Part shown: positions 39,002-53,241 of the stretch, one piece after another
Layout of the letters: each line of letters starts with the position of its first letter
Numbering within the stretch: position 1 is the first letter of the stretch
Assembly (NCBI RefSeq): GCF_006345805.1
Contig: NC_043002.1
Span: forward strand, 105,214,001-105,278,000
Source of the DNA: Octopus sinensis
Lineage: Eukaryota
Length of the DNA stretch: 64,000 nt
Direction: 5' to 3'
Made by a program: the position numbers and the translations under genes
Notes under the pieces: model-generated
Seen by the model: the letters and a program-made list of their open reading frames with translations, nothing else
Told to the model about the DNA's origin: nothing
Databases searched by the model: none

Positions 39002-41068
39002 GAAAGGAAGTGGTTGGAATCGTCCTATGCTGAGATTACTGATACATCTAGTGATGGTGTCACAATAAAAACACTGGTAATTGCGCAACCTGATGATCGC
39101 TACCTCATATGTTAACAGTGTTACACCCGGCAGGCTCAGAAATACTGGTCCGTATCCAGCCAGTCGTTTTCTAGCAAGGGGCCAGTACACACGGCGTAGG
39201 TGGAACAAACAAATCAATGCTGTATTCATGGAGTGTTACTGGCTGAGCAACCCCTTACACGAAAATGGTGTTCATTTTAAGGGATACTGACAACGTATAT
39301 ATGATCAATGGAGAGATAGAAGATTGTTTCAACTCACAGAACAGAGATTATATGATCAAGCGAGAACAATAAGAAAAAATCGTTGGCTTACAGAAGTAGA
39401 GCTCGAAGCTATCAAAAGGCGAGTATTGGAAAACAGCAGCAGTGGAAACGATGAAAATACAGATCTTACTGATAAAAGAAATCTCAAATCTGAAAACAGA
39501 AGCGGAATAGCTAATAAACCACAGGAAAGGATCAGTGATAGATGGTTTGGAAGAAGACAATAAAACTAATGGTGATATGATAGATGGGAAAAAGACAATC
39601 TTCGACAGAATAAAGGTAAGTCTACAGGAGAACGATAGCGACATTATTTGCAACCTTAAAACTGTTGGATGGTGGAAATTGCACCAAGATAAGGAAAATG
39701 TGAATGAAATTCTGAAATACATCAGAACAAAAAACATCACAAAAACAAGTAAGTTGGTCAGGGAAGCACGTATTGTAGTAGCAGAAAATACGGGTGTTGA
39801 TATCAAAGAAGAATGCAGGTGAGGTTAGATATGCCTTGGAGAGACATTTCTGTGTTAGACCGAAAAGATAAGATGGAAGCTTAAAAGCGAGTAAAAATAC
39901 AGGGCACTGAACAGGAAGTTTGATATTGAAAGAAAGAGCCTGAATGTAGCAATGGGAAAACCGAAAAAGCGCCTCGTTGCAAAGAAGGCAAAGATGGTAA
40001 GATACGATAAAAGAGTGGAGGATTACCAGCAGAATAGGTTCTTCAGAGTAAATCAGAACAGATTTTACAAAGAAATAAATGGGGGATGTACAGATGAAAT
40101 GTTGATACCAGATAACATTGAAAGTCAAAGGCTTTGGAGTGATAACTGGAACAAAGACAAGGGGCACAAGATGGTTGCTGAATGGTTGCAAGAACTGAAA
40201 CAAACAGGAGCCTGTCCAAAACAGGCAGAACTAATCATTTCAGTTAGGGAAGTGAAAGAAATCAGCAAAAAATGGACAGCTGGAAGGCCCCGGGACCAGG
40301 CGGAATTGAAAGCTACTGGACCAAAAGAATTCGCGAATGTCATACACGAAGAGCCGCACAACTCAACACTTTGTTAAATCGACCGAGTTATTCCAGATTG
40401 GTTGACAATGGGTTGGAGAGTGCTGTGCTTCGAAAACATCGAAAAAGGCAATACGGTAGACAATTAGAGGCCGATATCCTGCTTATGCAGAAATTATTGA
40501 CTGGAATAGTCACAAAGTCACATCTGGAAAAAATGGAGTCCTGCCACATGAACAGAAGAGCTGCAGGCGAAAGTGCAGACGTACCAGGGGTCAACTCCTG
40601 GTAGACAAAACTGTACTTAGAGGCTGCAAGAAGAGGAAAAGTAACTTAGCCATGTCATGGTTCGATTATCGTAAAGCTTGCGATATGATCCCACATTCTT
40701 GGATTATGGTATGCATGAACCTATTTGGTATCGCACCGAATGTTGAGCAATTGCTTGGAAAAAGTATGACAAAATAGAGGACGGAACTGACAGTATACGG
40801 AAGAAGTTTAAGGACAATAGAAATCAGGAGGGGCATCTTCCAAGGGGACTGCCTGTTCCCACTGACCTTTGTACTGTGCATGATACCACTAACATTGATT
40901 CTGAGGAAATCAAAGGCTAGTTATGTATTCAAAAGCCGCCAACAAAATGTCAGCCACTTGTTATTCATGGGTGACCTCAAACTTTATGGTGAAGATGAAT
41001 CCCAAATCAGTTCCCTCGTTGATACGGTGTATAATTTCAGTGTAGATATCAGAATGGAGTTCGGATTT
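39002..41068 (+). pseudogene. Degenerate R4/Dong-clade LINE: 5' region through part of the RT, 3'-truncated
   Basis: RRRWNKQINAVFMECYWLSNP..EQRLYDQARTIRKNRWLTEVELEAIKRR; YQQNRFFRVNQNRFYKEI; WKAPGPGGIESYW; AMSWFDYRKACDMIPHSW; IRRGIFQGDCL; HLLFMGDLKLY. Confidence 0.88.
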
Positions 41069-41264
41069 TCACTCCCTTATGACAACCCATAGTTCTATCT
41101 CTAAGGAATTATTTTTGTAATACGCATGTTAAAATTTTGGAGGGAGAATTGCGGATTCAATCGTCTATAAAGATTTAGCTTATGCTTGCTTTCTTCCACT
41201 ATTTCGACGTCGCTTGCTCGGGATATAGAGGTACGTAGCATTTGAAAAATCTATTTAAGAGGAG

Positions 41265-41323
41265 GTTTACGCTGATGAAAGACATGAAGTTTATATTCCA
41301 AATCTAGAAACGCGTTCGTAAAT
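41265..41323 (+). ncRNA. Type-I hammerhead motif with intact core (GUU site)
   Basis: guuuacg / CUGAUGA / A-AGA..UCU-A / GAAA / C-GC-GU (palindrome ACGCGU) / U / cguaaau. Helix I is 7 bp. Confidence 0.7.
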
Positions 41324-41642
41324 AACCATTAGACTTTGCTTTCGTTATATCTTCCTTCTGGTTTGCATGTGTGAATTACAGGGATATGTCGTATGTGGAG
41401 TCTCATTTGTAGAAAATAGAAATAAATAGTCTTTGATTCTATATCTAATTTTTCTGTATGTGGCTAAGCAACCTGTTACCTGCCTTTTTTATTTCTATAC
41501 AATATATATATTGAACTTTTATAAAAGTTCCTACCGTTAATGGTTATACTTACATGCCGAAATCTACCAGTAAATAATTGTTGTTGTGTTAAAAAACCAT
41601 TAAAGCTATTATTTACTCTTATTCGCCCTGCTTCCTCGCACT

Positions 41643-41970
41643 GTTGTCACTATACCCTCAAATCTCACCCTCTCCGCTGCCGAGCGCTCTCTCCTCAGTA
41701 AGGGACTCCGCTTCACGCTTCTCACGAGCCACTATGACGAATTTGAGAAGAAACCATTCAAAATGTGACTGCGTGTGTACCGTTGGCGATTTTTTCCCTA
41801 TGTCTTCCCTTCTCTGGATTTTTCCTTCTCCTATGTTTTCGATGAAGAGCTCCGCTCGAAACGTTAAGCCCTCCCTCTTTCCTTCTTTCCTGAGCGTCCA
41901 ATAATACTATATTTGTTCCACGTCCCCGCGTTGTTGTGTTTTCTCTTTGTGTTTTAATGTTTGGATTAAC

Positions 41971-41975
<5 letters not shown>
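41643..41975 (+). mobile_element. Internally deleted Penelope-like element (ORF remnant plus pLTR with HHR-like motif at 41835-41869)
   Basis: VVTIPSNLTLSAAERSLLSKGLRF matches the NLS..L..E..LLSKGL.F motif upstream of the PLE RT. Followed by tcgatga-a-gagc-tcc-gctc-gaaac-gtt and (TA)n. Confidence 0.75.
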
Positions 41976-42017
<42 letters not shown>

Positions 42018-43241
42018 ATATATATATATATGTATGTACATTTGCTACTAATTAAACCTTTCTAAAGTTTTGTTTCTTTTTCTTGTGGGTAGAGGGTTAC
42101 CTGTGACAGTCAGAAACTTATGACCAACAGGCAGCTAGGAGCTGTCAAATCACTTTCTTCTTTATTCTAGTCTTAGATTTTTGGTGATGCTGCATCTTTA
42201 AGAATTGTAGTCTGTTATTCTCTTAGCTATTTTTACTACAATGGTGACAACATGAATTTCTTCCATCATTTTTCTCTGTTAAAATATTTAAGAAACATTA
42301 TATTAACATTTCTTGTCTGTTGAAATTCTATATTTGTGCAGCTGAAAAGAGTGCTTTATTTAAATTGATGTAATGATTGCATCGTTCAATTAAATATAGC
42401 CGCTTGAAATAGTCGTACTGCGTTACTACGTGAAATCCTGTTACTTATTTTGATTTAATATATATATATTGCGGAGTCTATTGTTTGTATATATCTACAT
42501 GAATATATACAAAAAACATAACCCTATAATGTATAATGATCGCTTAGAAGTACATTTCACTACAAGTGTCTTTGTGTACCTACGTTTTAAAATACGTGCC
42601 TGTTAGTGTGCCCACACTGTGATTTTGCGTGTGAGTGTGCGTGGGTGTTTTTGTAACATAGAACCGTATTTTCTTAAATACCTCCATCTAGCTATGATCC
42701 GTAAACCTCAGTTGATAGGAACGTGAGGTTCTAAAGGGAGATAACCCGGTGTAAAAAAGCTCTTTCTCTGTACGATTAGCTGTTTGTTCCTATACAGCAA
42801 TCTTTGCCGCAATTTGACAGATTTTATACTAAATCTTATTGGGTGCCAACACATCATCCCCAACAAAAAAAACTTCCCCGTGAAATAGTCGGAGAGTTTC
42901 ATGGAAAAAATTCTATTGGCCTCGACGTAAATAATTACCAAAACGAAAGTTGAAAAATATCGGTGGTTTATTTCATTTGGTATCGTGTATAATTCGAATA
43001 TTATATGCCAGCTAGAGAAGCTTGTAAAAAAAAATAATAACGCATATTATATTTTAAGCAGTAAAGTTGATATCGATTTATTGCCGTGTTATAAACGGTA
43101 GATAGCTTTAGAATTTCGTGTATTATAACTTCAAGCATTTCATTCAAGAACAACTTTATGCATTTGGATGTGCTGTGTGTATATACATACATATACATAT
43201 ATATATATATATTATATATATATATATATATATAATATATA

Positions 43242-43314
<73 letters not shown>

Positions 43315-44116
43315 TATATGTTTGTGAGTGTGCGTATACATTCATATATTTATATACATATATATACACGTTTATGGATACTCATACAAATGTATCTTGA
43401 AATGTATATATATATATATAATATATATATATTATATATATATATATATGTACATATATGCATATTTCTGTATGAATATACGTATAGGCACATGTGTTTG
43501 TTATGTGTATATATATGAGGCATATATTGTGTGCATAAGCAAACATAATAGCTAATCGATGAACATGCACCTGCTCGTCACAGTATTCAGGAAACATGGT
43601 TATTGTGATTCCATATGTATCGTATGTAGGACAATAACTTTCCCCAATAATCGCAGCTAACTTTGTCCAATATGTGGCACCATTCCTTCTGCTTTAGAGT
43701 AGAATCGCTTTGTCTTGTCTCTGTCAATACGTACATGTGTGTGTGAGTGTGTATGAGTGTTTGCGTGCGTGTATGTGTGTGTGAGTTTGTAAGAGTGTGT
43801 GTGTGTGTGTGTGGTGTGTGTACAGGAACAAAGAAACAGATTTTTATACTTATCTTCACGACATGTACCTAAGCATGTTGTTGCTTTTCTTTTTTATATA
43901 ATTTTATCGAATGTTATAGCTACATACAAAACACACAAGAGTACCGAAAATCTTTCATGTTCTTTCTTCCTCTCTTTCCCTGTCACTCTAACTCTTTCAC
44001 TCCCTCTCATTCTCTCTTTCTCTCTGTATCTCTCTCTATCCCTCTCTTTATTTATTTCTCTTTCTTTCCCTCACAGTCTGCCTATAAATGTACATAGACT
44101 GATGAAAAAATCCTAC

Positions 44117-44153
<37 letters not shown>

Positions 44154-44226
44154 TAGATAGATAGATAGATATATAGATAGATAGATAGATAGATAGGATA
44201 GATAGATAGATAAGATAGATAGATAT

Positions 44227-44313
<87 letters not shown>

Positions 44314-44314
<1 letters not shown>

Positions 44315-44778
44315 GTCTCTTTATTGGGCACACAGGGCTGCACACAGATGGGACAAGTTACAAGGTAGAGCTTTTCTTTTGGGGGATGAATAAAAACAAA
44401 AAACAAAAGAAACAAAAAATGGGGTGGCGTAGGTTTTCGATCAAGAGGGATCGTAAAAGGGAAGAAAAGAACAAAAAAAATAAAATAAAAAATAAAAAAA
44501 TAAAAATAAATAAAGAAGAAAAGGAAAAGAAACAAAAGAAAAGAGAAATGAAAAAAGAAGAAAAAAGGGGAAAAAAAGGGGAAGAGGAAAAAAAAAACGA
44601 ACAATAGGGATCGTGTATCACAGTGTTATGATATATGGTGTAAAGGGGAAAGCAAGTAAGGTTTATCCGTGGGAAGAAAAGCCTACGAAAAAGACCACGG
44701 TAACCTTGGTCAATATTGTTATGTTACCACATTTGCTTGCAAGTGGGTAACCCTCTGTTTTCAATTTCTGGGTTCATA
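44314..44778 (-). mobile_element. Second Tx1-clade copy (3' UTR plus last ORF2 codons) inside (GATA)n
   Basis: Homologous to 3681-4023. (GATA)n at ~44150-44313 and ~44786-45040 in the same orientation. Confidence 0.88.
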
Positions 44779-44785
44779 GACAGAC

Positions 44786-44870
<85 letters not shown>

Positions 44871-44931
44871 CATAGAAAGATAAATACATAACTATATAGA
44901 TAGATAGATAAGTGATAGATAGATAGATAGG

Positions 44932-44989
<58 letters not shown>

Positions 44990-45681
44990 CATAGAAAGAT
45001 AAATACATAACTATATAGATAGATAGATAAGTGATAGATAGATAGATTGATTGATTGATTGTTTGATTGATTGATACGGAGTAGCTGTTATACACATAAT
45101 GCTGTGGTTGTACTCATGAGATTTTATACAAAGTGATTACTTAAAGGAATATGCATGCTTACGGAGACAGTCCGAAATGGTGCATTATATGCGTCGAAAG
45201 GGACGCGAAGGGAAGCAAAAAGGCCTGAGAAAAAAGGGCCTATGTGATATCTCATTTTCTATAAAAGTACCATTTCTGTTGTTTTAAAACAAGTCGACTG
45301 GATTAAGCGAAGATGAGATAGACTTCTTTTTACCGCCTACATGTTGCATTTTGTGTATTATTCTACACACCTTCATCTTTCGAAAGCTCCTATATATATA
45401 TATATATATATATATACATGTGCGTGTTCGCGTGAATGTCTGTTAGTTTGTTTTACATGTATCTTATCATATTGTATTGTATATTCATATACATACACAC
45501 GAGCGCGTGCATACATGTAAGTATATATGTATATATGAGAAATTGCGATAAACACAAGTTATTATTATTAGATCCTACGTACATTTCACCATTATGGTTA
45601 CTTGAAACCCCATGATCGATGCTCCGAATGCATTAGGCTGCGTAATCAGAAAGGATCATCGGGGAGCACTTTATTGCATTA

Positions 45682-45720
<39 letters not shown>

Positions 45721-46329
45721 CACAAATATATGAATGTATGTAGGTTTATATACGAGTGTCTATTCTTATACATATACATGCACACACATACATAAATATA
45801 AATGCAAGTATATATATATATATATGAATATTTGAAAGGATGTAAGTATACACTTATTTGTATATGTGTGTGTGTAAATACATAATATATGTGTGTGTAA
45901 ATATATATATATATACATATATATATACATGTATATGTATATATGCATTCGTATTTTTTTGCGTAGGTGTGTATAATATATATTTCTATTTGTTTATATA
46001 TGTCAATATTTGTTGATATGTATTTATTCATGCATATTTGTGATTATGCGGGTGCAGCAAATACATTTTCCAATTATTTAAATATAACAAATCATGCATT
46101 TCCGTTCAGAAAAGATTAAGTTTTACTGCGAACGGAAAGGAGGCCATTTTGAATTGTAAATATATGCAGAATATCTTCATTAAATATCGTCATTAAATAA
46201 GCAACCAGTAAACTTTCATTTATCAAAAGCTAAAACGTTTTATTTTATAACATTAATAACGGGTAAATATATATGCCGCATCATATATATATATATATAC
46301 ACATATATATAATGAAACTACACGTGGTC

Positions 46330-46520
46330 CTGCTGGCGATTTTTCTCCCCCTCCTTCCTTTTCTTTTCGACTTTCCTATGTCTCCTGTTTCCGTAGAAGA
46401 GGTTTACTCGAAACATGAAACAACCACATTTTCTTTCCTTCTCTGAGCGTCTTATTAATACTTTGCATGTACCACGTCCTCGCCTTGCTTTCCTGTTGTC
46501 TTTTTTACTCCGTGTTTTTA
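46330..46520 (+). mobile_element. Degenerate Penelope-like pLTR
   Basis: Similar to 41780-41975. gtagaagaggtttactcgaaac motif. Confidence 0.5.
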
Positions 46521-46527
46521 ATTAAAT

Positions 46528-46610
<83 letters not shown>

Positions 46611-46611
46611 G

Positions 46612-46760
46612 TGAGAGTTTACAAAAAAACAAAAGACGAAGACGCGTGTGTAAATAACAAACAGATGTATTAGTTTAACGCTCGGGATGTGAAAAAGTCT
46701 TTTACGTTTCGAGCCTACGCTCTTGGACATAAAGGAACACAGAAATAAACGGAGAGAGAG
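46612..46760 (-). mobile_element. Penelope-like pLTR fragment (family F)
   Basis: ttttacgtttcgagcctacgctctt at ~46700-46725. Faces the 46330 copy across (TA)n. Confidence 0.6.
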
Positions 46761-46762
46761 AA

Positions 46763-46812
<50 letters not shown>

Positions 46813-47414
46813 TGTAATGTTTTTAAATAAGTAATAGAGTAGATTATTGGTGCCTCGACAAAACCCATCTTCTTATTAGGTGTTTTGTTTTCAAACGTGG
46901 CCGAACGCCTCCATAATCTCCATCACTGAATCCCACACCTGACCCCACCTCGACTACGGAGTTAACTAATTCTGTCATAGAAAGCATACGGAAACACCTA
47001 ACTTATTTTCTAAAACAGATTTTATTAAGATGTCATTTTAAGCTTTCCTCTATAATATATTTGTCAAGCAGTCTTTGCTATCACAAGCCTCGTAGTAATT
47101 GTTTTATATTTTGTTGTTTGCGTAGTTGAAATCATATTTTCTTTCCTTTCCACAAAATTATGATGAATTACTGCTGTTCTCCGTTTGTTGTCATCATTTA
47201 CATGATTATTTCTTCTTAAAATTAAGTTTTCACACCTTCACTTTTTTCGTGGTGTCCCTTTTATTGCTTGTGTAATTGATAAGTTTTCCTCATATTTAAT
47301 TAAAAATCTGGAGGTATACACCATAAATATTAAGAAAATGTCACTGCTTTCAGTATGTCTAAGCAGCAATCTTTGCTCGATGTTTCGTCATCGAATTTCA
47401 GCCACCATCTGATA

Positions 47415-47708
47415 TCAATATGTAAAAAGCTTTTTATCCCAGGCAGATTCGCATTTGCTTTGGTTACGAAGTGCTATCCCACAATTTCGTTCATCTGTGT
47501 CACTTTTGGAATGAAATTTGCTCATGTTGAAAAATATAGAATTGTTTTCGTTCAGAAACATTTCGGTGTGTAAATGTCTTTGTAGCTGTCCTTTGCTGTT
47601 ATTTGTATTATTTTTGCTCGATGTATCGCGAGAGAAACTCTCAGTGTTGTTGCCTGCAGAAATGTCGCTTCTGGATTTTATTTCAACTTTTTTGTTAAGG
47701 GGGGGGAA
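47415..47708 (-). CDS. Candidate terminal exon, 97 stop-free codons
   Basis: Begins right after acceptor-like ttatacatttag|. Reads FPPLNKKVEIKSRSDISAGNNTESFSRDTSSKNNTNN..WDKKLFTY*. No homology recognised. Confidence 0.2.
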   Translation of the reverse strand, partial: FPPLNKKVEIKSRSDISAGNNTESFSRDTSSKNNTNNSKGQLQRHLHTEMFLNENNSIFFNMSKFHSKSDTDERNCGIALRNQSKCESAWDKKLFTY

Positions 47709-48018
47709 CTAAATGTATAAATTTTCATGGAAATATTTTGTTAGTTTCTTCTCTTTTGTATATTTACATACTGTGTGTAATTCAATTCTCTATGGTTGTC
47801 TTGCTGGGCGTGCCCTGTAAATATATTGTATATGAATCTATTTAAATATACAATAAAATATGAAAACATGCTCATAAAATAAGAAATAAGCGTTGAAAAT
47901 GTCCATACTCCGGTAAAAAAAAACTTATTCTCCCAAACAGTTTAAACGAATTACAATTCAGAACCTCGAATAATAGGAAAAAACAAGAAACATGAAACGA
48001 GAACAACAATAAAATAGT

Positions 48019-48195
48019 AAATTACTATTTTTAAATCTCACAACATGAGATATTCAGCAACAGTACTTTGTAGTAAAAATTGTTTGCTAACATAACATGG
48101 CAGTCCTGGTTTAGGACGAATGTTGGCAAACAATCTTTACTCCTAAGTACTGTTACTGAATATCTCTCGTTGTGAGATTTACAAATAGTAATTTT
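48019..48195. repeat. Foldback palindrome with ~75-bp arms and 26-nt spacer
   Basis: 48019-48093 is the near reverse complement of 48120-48195. Confidence 0.9.
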
Positions 48196-48529
48196 TTAAT
48201 TTATAAATAAGTGACTAGTTGTCACTTTGAAAGCTATATATTTCGAACTGGAATTTGGCAGCGTTACCTCTAGACGAACAATTATTCTGTGCTGGTGAAG
48301 AGAAATAACCCAGAAATAGCGATACCCAGATATTGTTTTGAACTGAGTGGGGGTGCTAGATTCCCTTGTTCGAAAATATAAAGATCGTGTGTAGCCAGCT
48401 GGACACGATGTCCCGTGGGGCTAAATTACGGCAACATTCGTCCTAAACCAGGACTGCCATATTATGTTGGCAAACAATCTTAACTACAACAATAAAATAA
48501 TCAACAATAATATAATAATGCAAAATGAT

Positions 48530-48738
48530 AATTGTTTCGAAGTTTGGCTCTCGGGTAGAAGTGTGTGGCGGGGTAAATACGTAAAGTTTAGTACATGACT
48601 GGTACTTCATTTTATCGAACACGAAAGGATGAAGGCGATGTATACTTCGCCCGAATTTGAGCTCAGAACGTAAAAGACCGGCAGAAATGTTGCAAAACAT
48701 TTTGTTCGACGCTTTTACCCTTCTGCCTGCTCACCGCC
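48530..48738 (-). mobile_element. Degenerate SINE family B
   Basis: aggcggtgagcaggcagaa..gagctcaaattc head. Confidence 0.7.
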
Positions 48739-48799
48739 TATTATAAAGAAAAGCAACAACAACAGCAGCTGCAGCAGAAGCAACTTCAACAACAACAAC

Positions 48800-48945
48800 A
48801 ATAATAATCCTTCCTACTATAATCTCAAACCTTGAAATCTGTGAGGAGTGAAATACCTGATGAGATCAACCTGAGTACCGAATGGGTGGTTATTTCATCA
48901 GCTCTGAAAGAAAGAAAGACGGAATTTCAACAGAGAGCAAAAGTC
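48800..48945 (-). mobile_element. Highly degenerate SINE family B 3' part
   Basis: The aataatccttcctactata.. tail matches the family B end. Confidence 0.45.
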
Positions 48946-49986
48946 AGATTTTTTGCTGCTCAAGAACTAGTAAAAATAGGGATTTCTGAATCCCTCTGTT
49001 TAATAGTTCTTGAGCTGCAAAAACCTATCCACGGCAGATGGATTAACTGTTGAATAACCAATTCTTATACACACCTGAAACTGGAGAGGAAGAAACCATC
49101 AACGTCAAACCAGTACGCCTGTACATATAACACGAGAACAAGACCCCGAATTCGTGTGAATTGTATCGCCAGTTACTTCAAACGCAGTTTCCCCTTCTAG
49201 ATATATTATTTTTCCCTGGAAAATTTGAGTTGTCCTCGGCAAGAAATAAACTAAAAACTAACAATTTAGAACAGAATTATAACCTTTTTTTCAAATTCTT
49301 CACAAACTCAACCATTCCGCACAGCTGCAATAACAACAATATTTTAACAATTAATTAATAATGTAAAACAAAGCATCTTCTGAAACCTACTTTGTTTATT
49401 TCTTTAGCTTCAATAAAATTGAATCATTTAATAAAATTTTAGTAACAATGTTGACACCATCGCCATAATAATTCTAGAAGCTTTCTTTTGTGCTGTGGTG
49501 TGTTTAGTTAATATACTGCCTGATATTAACCCGTTAAAGAGATTTAGAATGTAGTTTTGGATTATTTTCTTTATATTCTAGTAAGAGACACATAAATGTA
49601 TACAATTTCGTATAAACATTCATTCGTTTTCACAAACGCACACGTCTGGACACAGAAACACATTTTTTTGTGTGTGTTTGTTTTTATGTTTTTGCTGTTT
49701 TGTTGTTGCTTTCGTGTTTTTCAACTACAAAAATTAAAAATTTCACAAAGATTTCACAGAGTTAGGCCGTTTTTTTTATTTTTCTCCGTGGAATTGATAA
49801 AGCGAGTGACCAGATACACCTCGAAATTACAGTCGAAGATTTCTTTAAAAATATGTTGCAAAATGTGAATTTGTAAATTATATATGGTGATTGCATGTTC
49901 AATTAATGTTCAACTGTTTTATAATTAAAAAGGTACAAATTGTACAGTTTATGTATAACTATACATAAGAATAGACATCAATATAG

Positions 49987-50023
<37 letters not shown>

Positions 50024-50150
50024 ATATAGATATATATATATATATATATAAACATACATATAAATGTATGTATATAGGCATGTATAGGTATATAAACATC
50101 AATGTCTATATATGCATATAGGTGTGCGTTTGTGTATATTTGCGTGTGCA

Positions 50151-50181
<31 letters not shown>

Positions 50182-50547
50182 TGTGCATGTGTGTGGATTT
50201 GTGTGTGTGTGTGAGTGTATAAATGTGCGTGCATATATGTAGTCGCATAATTTAAAGAGGAAGGAATCTTCATATTCGTCCAATAAAATGTAGCCGAAAT
50301 ATCATATCAGAATAATGATGACTAAATTACAACAGGTATATAGCTAATTGTCTGTACTATAGTGCATTGTTGTACCATTCAAAATTTTTATTCTTTACAA
50401 ACAACACACAATGCTTCAAGCGAACTACATTACTCTCATAACAGAATGTATTTTTTAATACAACTTTTTAATAAAATAGATGCACGTATCATAGATAGGG
50501 ACGGAGATTCCTACTTTACACATGGTCACGCACATGCATATATATAT

Positions 50548-50615
<68 letters not shown>

Positions 50616-50627
50616 ATATATATTATA

Positions 50628-50663
<36 letters not shown>

Positions 50664-50821
50664 TGTATTTATATGTATCTATGTATGTATGAATGTATCA
50701 ATAATAGTGTATAAGTTGCAGGAAACGTAGACCCACTCGATTTAACGTAGCTATCACGCTAAATTCTAAATCTACATACGTTATATATAAATGTGTGTGT
50801 ATGTATATATATATACGTATA

Positions 50822-50899
<78 letters not shown>

Positions 50900-51230
50900 T
50901 ATATATAGATATATAGATATATACTTTGCATAGTTTATTCTGTTTTCTCATATCACATAGCTTAATTAGTAGGTAACAAGAAAGGATAACGTGGCGTTCA
51001 CTTCATCCAAAATTGTAGTAATCTCCAAAGTAGAGGAATACAGATAAATGGCATGGTATATCTGGCTACCGTTTCACCTAACTTCACATACATACATGAA
51101 CGCATGTGTACTTATGAGCGTGCGTATGAATAAATATATATATGTATTTATGCATGTATGTATGTGTGGGGGTATTTCTACATAAATATATTTGCATGTC
51201 TCTCTATTTATACGTGTGTGTATTTATATG

Positions 51231-51287
<57 letters not shown>

Positions 51288-51499
51288 TTATATGCGTAGA
51301 CAGACCAAGAGATACTGGCAAAAGATTAAAATTGCATACGCTGGTAATCAAAGACACACTAGAATAAATAAATATGAAAAAAAAAGAACATGAAATATCA
51401 GAGAAAACGGAAGTTGTTGGGTTTGGGGTAGGGAAGGCGGCAAATACTATGATATTTGCTCGTCGGACAGAGCAAATATCCATTATATCAAACTATCTG

Positions 51500-51546
<47 letters not shown>

Positions 51547-51697
51547 ATATAATTACACATATAATACATACATATATATATATACATACATACATATATA
51601 TACATATATATTTATATATATATATATATTATTTATATTATTATATATATTCATAGATTTATACATACATATATGGCTGTGTGTGTATGCGTATGTA

Positions 51698-51748
<51 letters not shown>

Positions 51749-52712
51749 ATGTGTATAAAAACACATAAAATTTTATACATATATATATGTATCATATATG
51801 TATATCTACACACACACACATATATATATATATATTTAATATCTATATGCATTTCTTTGTGTATGTCTATGCTTCTGTAGATATTAAGATATAAACACAC
51901 ACATACATACATACATACATACATACGTACATACATACATACATACATACAAACATACATACATGCATATATACATATGTGAATATTAATCAATAATTTA
52001 TAATCAATAATGCAATATATTAGCTCCAATCAGATTGAACTTTGCCCCATGGAAAGCAGTTAAGCAGTAATTTCGGTGGCAACCTAACACGGTTTAGTGA
52101 AAAGCGGAACGGTCAATCACCCATGAAAATGAGGCAAATAGTTATTTTAAAAAGTTTACCTCTGAAAGACAATAAATATGCCAGTTTGATAAATTCTACA
52201 CCGGTTTTGGCCGGATGGTGTATATCAAGGTGTGGTGAAAGTTTGTGTGTTGTGTGAATAATATTGATATTTCGAGACAAAACAAAATAAGGAAAATTGT
52301 TATAAATGTGTCTGATGTTTAATCAATCATGTAAGATTTGCAATCTATCTATTGCTGTATCGATCTACCTATTGATTTATGTCGTTACAAATCGATTATT
52401 CAATCATTATGTCTTTCTGTAAGTTTCACCCTCTGTGTTTTGTGAACTATCTGCCCGTTTCACTATATATCTATTTATCTGTCTTTGTGTGTCGTTATCA
52501 ATATATCTATGCATTTACCTACAACTACCTAAAATGCATGCTCTCCTTCTCTCTCTCTCCCTCCCTCTATCTCTCTCTCACAAACATATACACCCTCTCT
52601 CTCCTCACTTTCTCTACTCTTTATGATGGTATACACCCAGAAATATACACTTAGACACACACATATGTATATATGTATATTTATATATATATTATATATA
52701 TATATATACACA

Positions 52713-52793
<81 letters not shown>

Positions 52794-53087
52794 GCATATA
52801 TATATAATATGTACATATATATAATATATAGAGTATGTACATATGTTTGTGTATGTATGTGTGTATGTGTGCGTGTTGTATATTCATATATATCCACGAT
52901 CGTTTTGTATATATCCGCAAATATCATTACACATAGAATTGTATGTATATGCGTCTGTGATCGCGTGCATTAAGGCGTGGGGGTGGCACGCTTAACCTGT
53001 CAGTCTACCTCAATAACTGTCTGGGTCTATGTATGGAATCGCTTACCTCAATAAATATATATATATATACATATATAAATAAATAAA

Positions 53088-53124
<37 letters not shown>

Positions 53125-53207
53125 ATCTCATACATATGTGTAAATAAATTTGTATGTATAAATATATATATGTACGCTCATATATACATATATGTATATA
53201 TGTATAA

Positions 53208-53241
<34 letters not shown>

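Noticed and set aside
48860-48910. Minus-strand 47-nt exon with strong splice sites (RADEITTHSVLRLISS)
   Set aside because: It lies within a degenerate family B SINE. Exonisation cannot be supported without RNA data.
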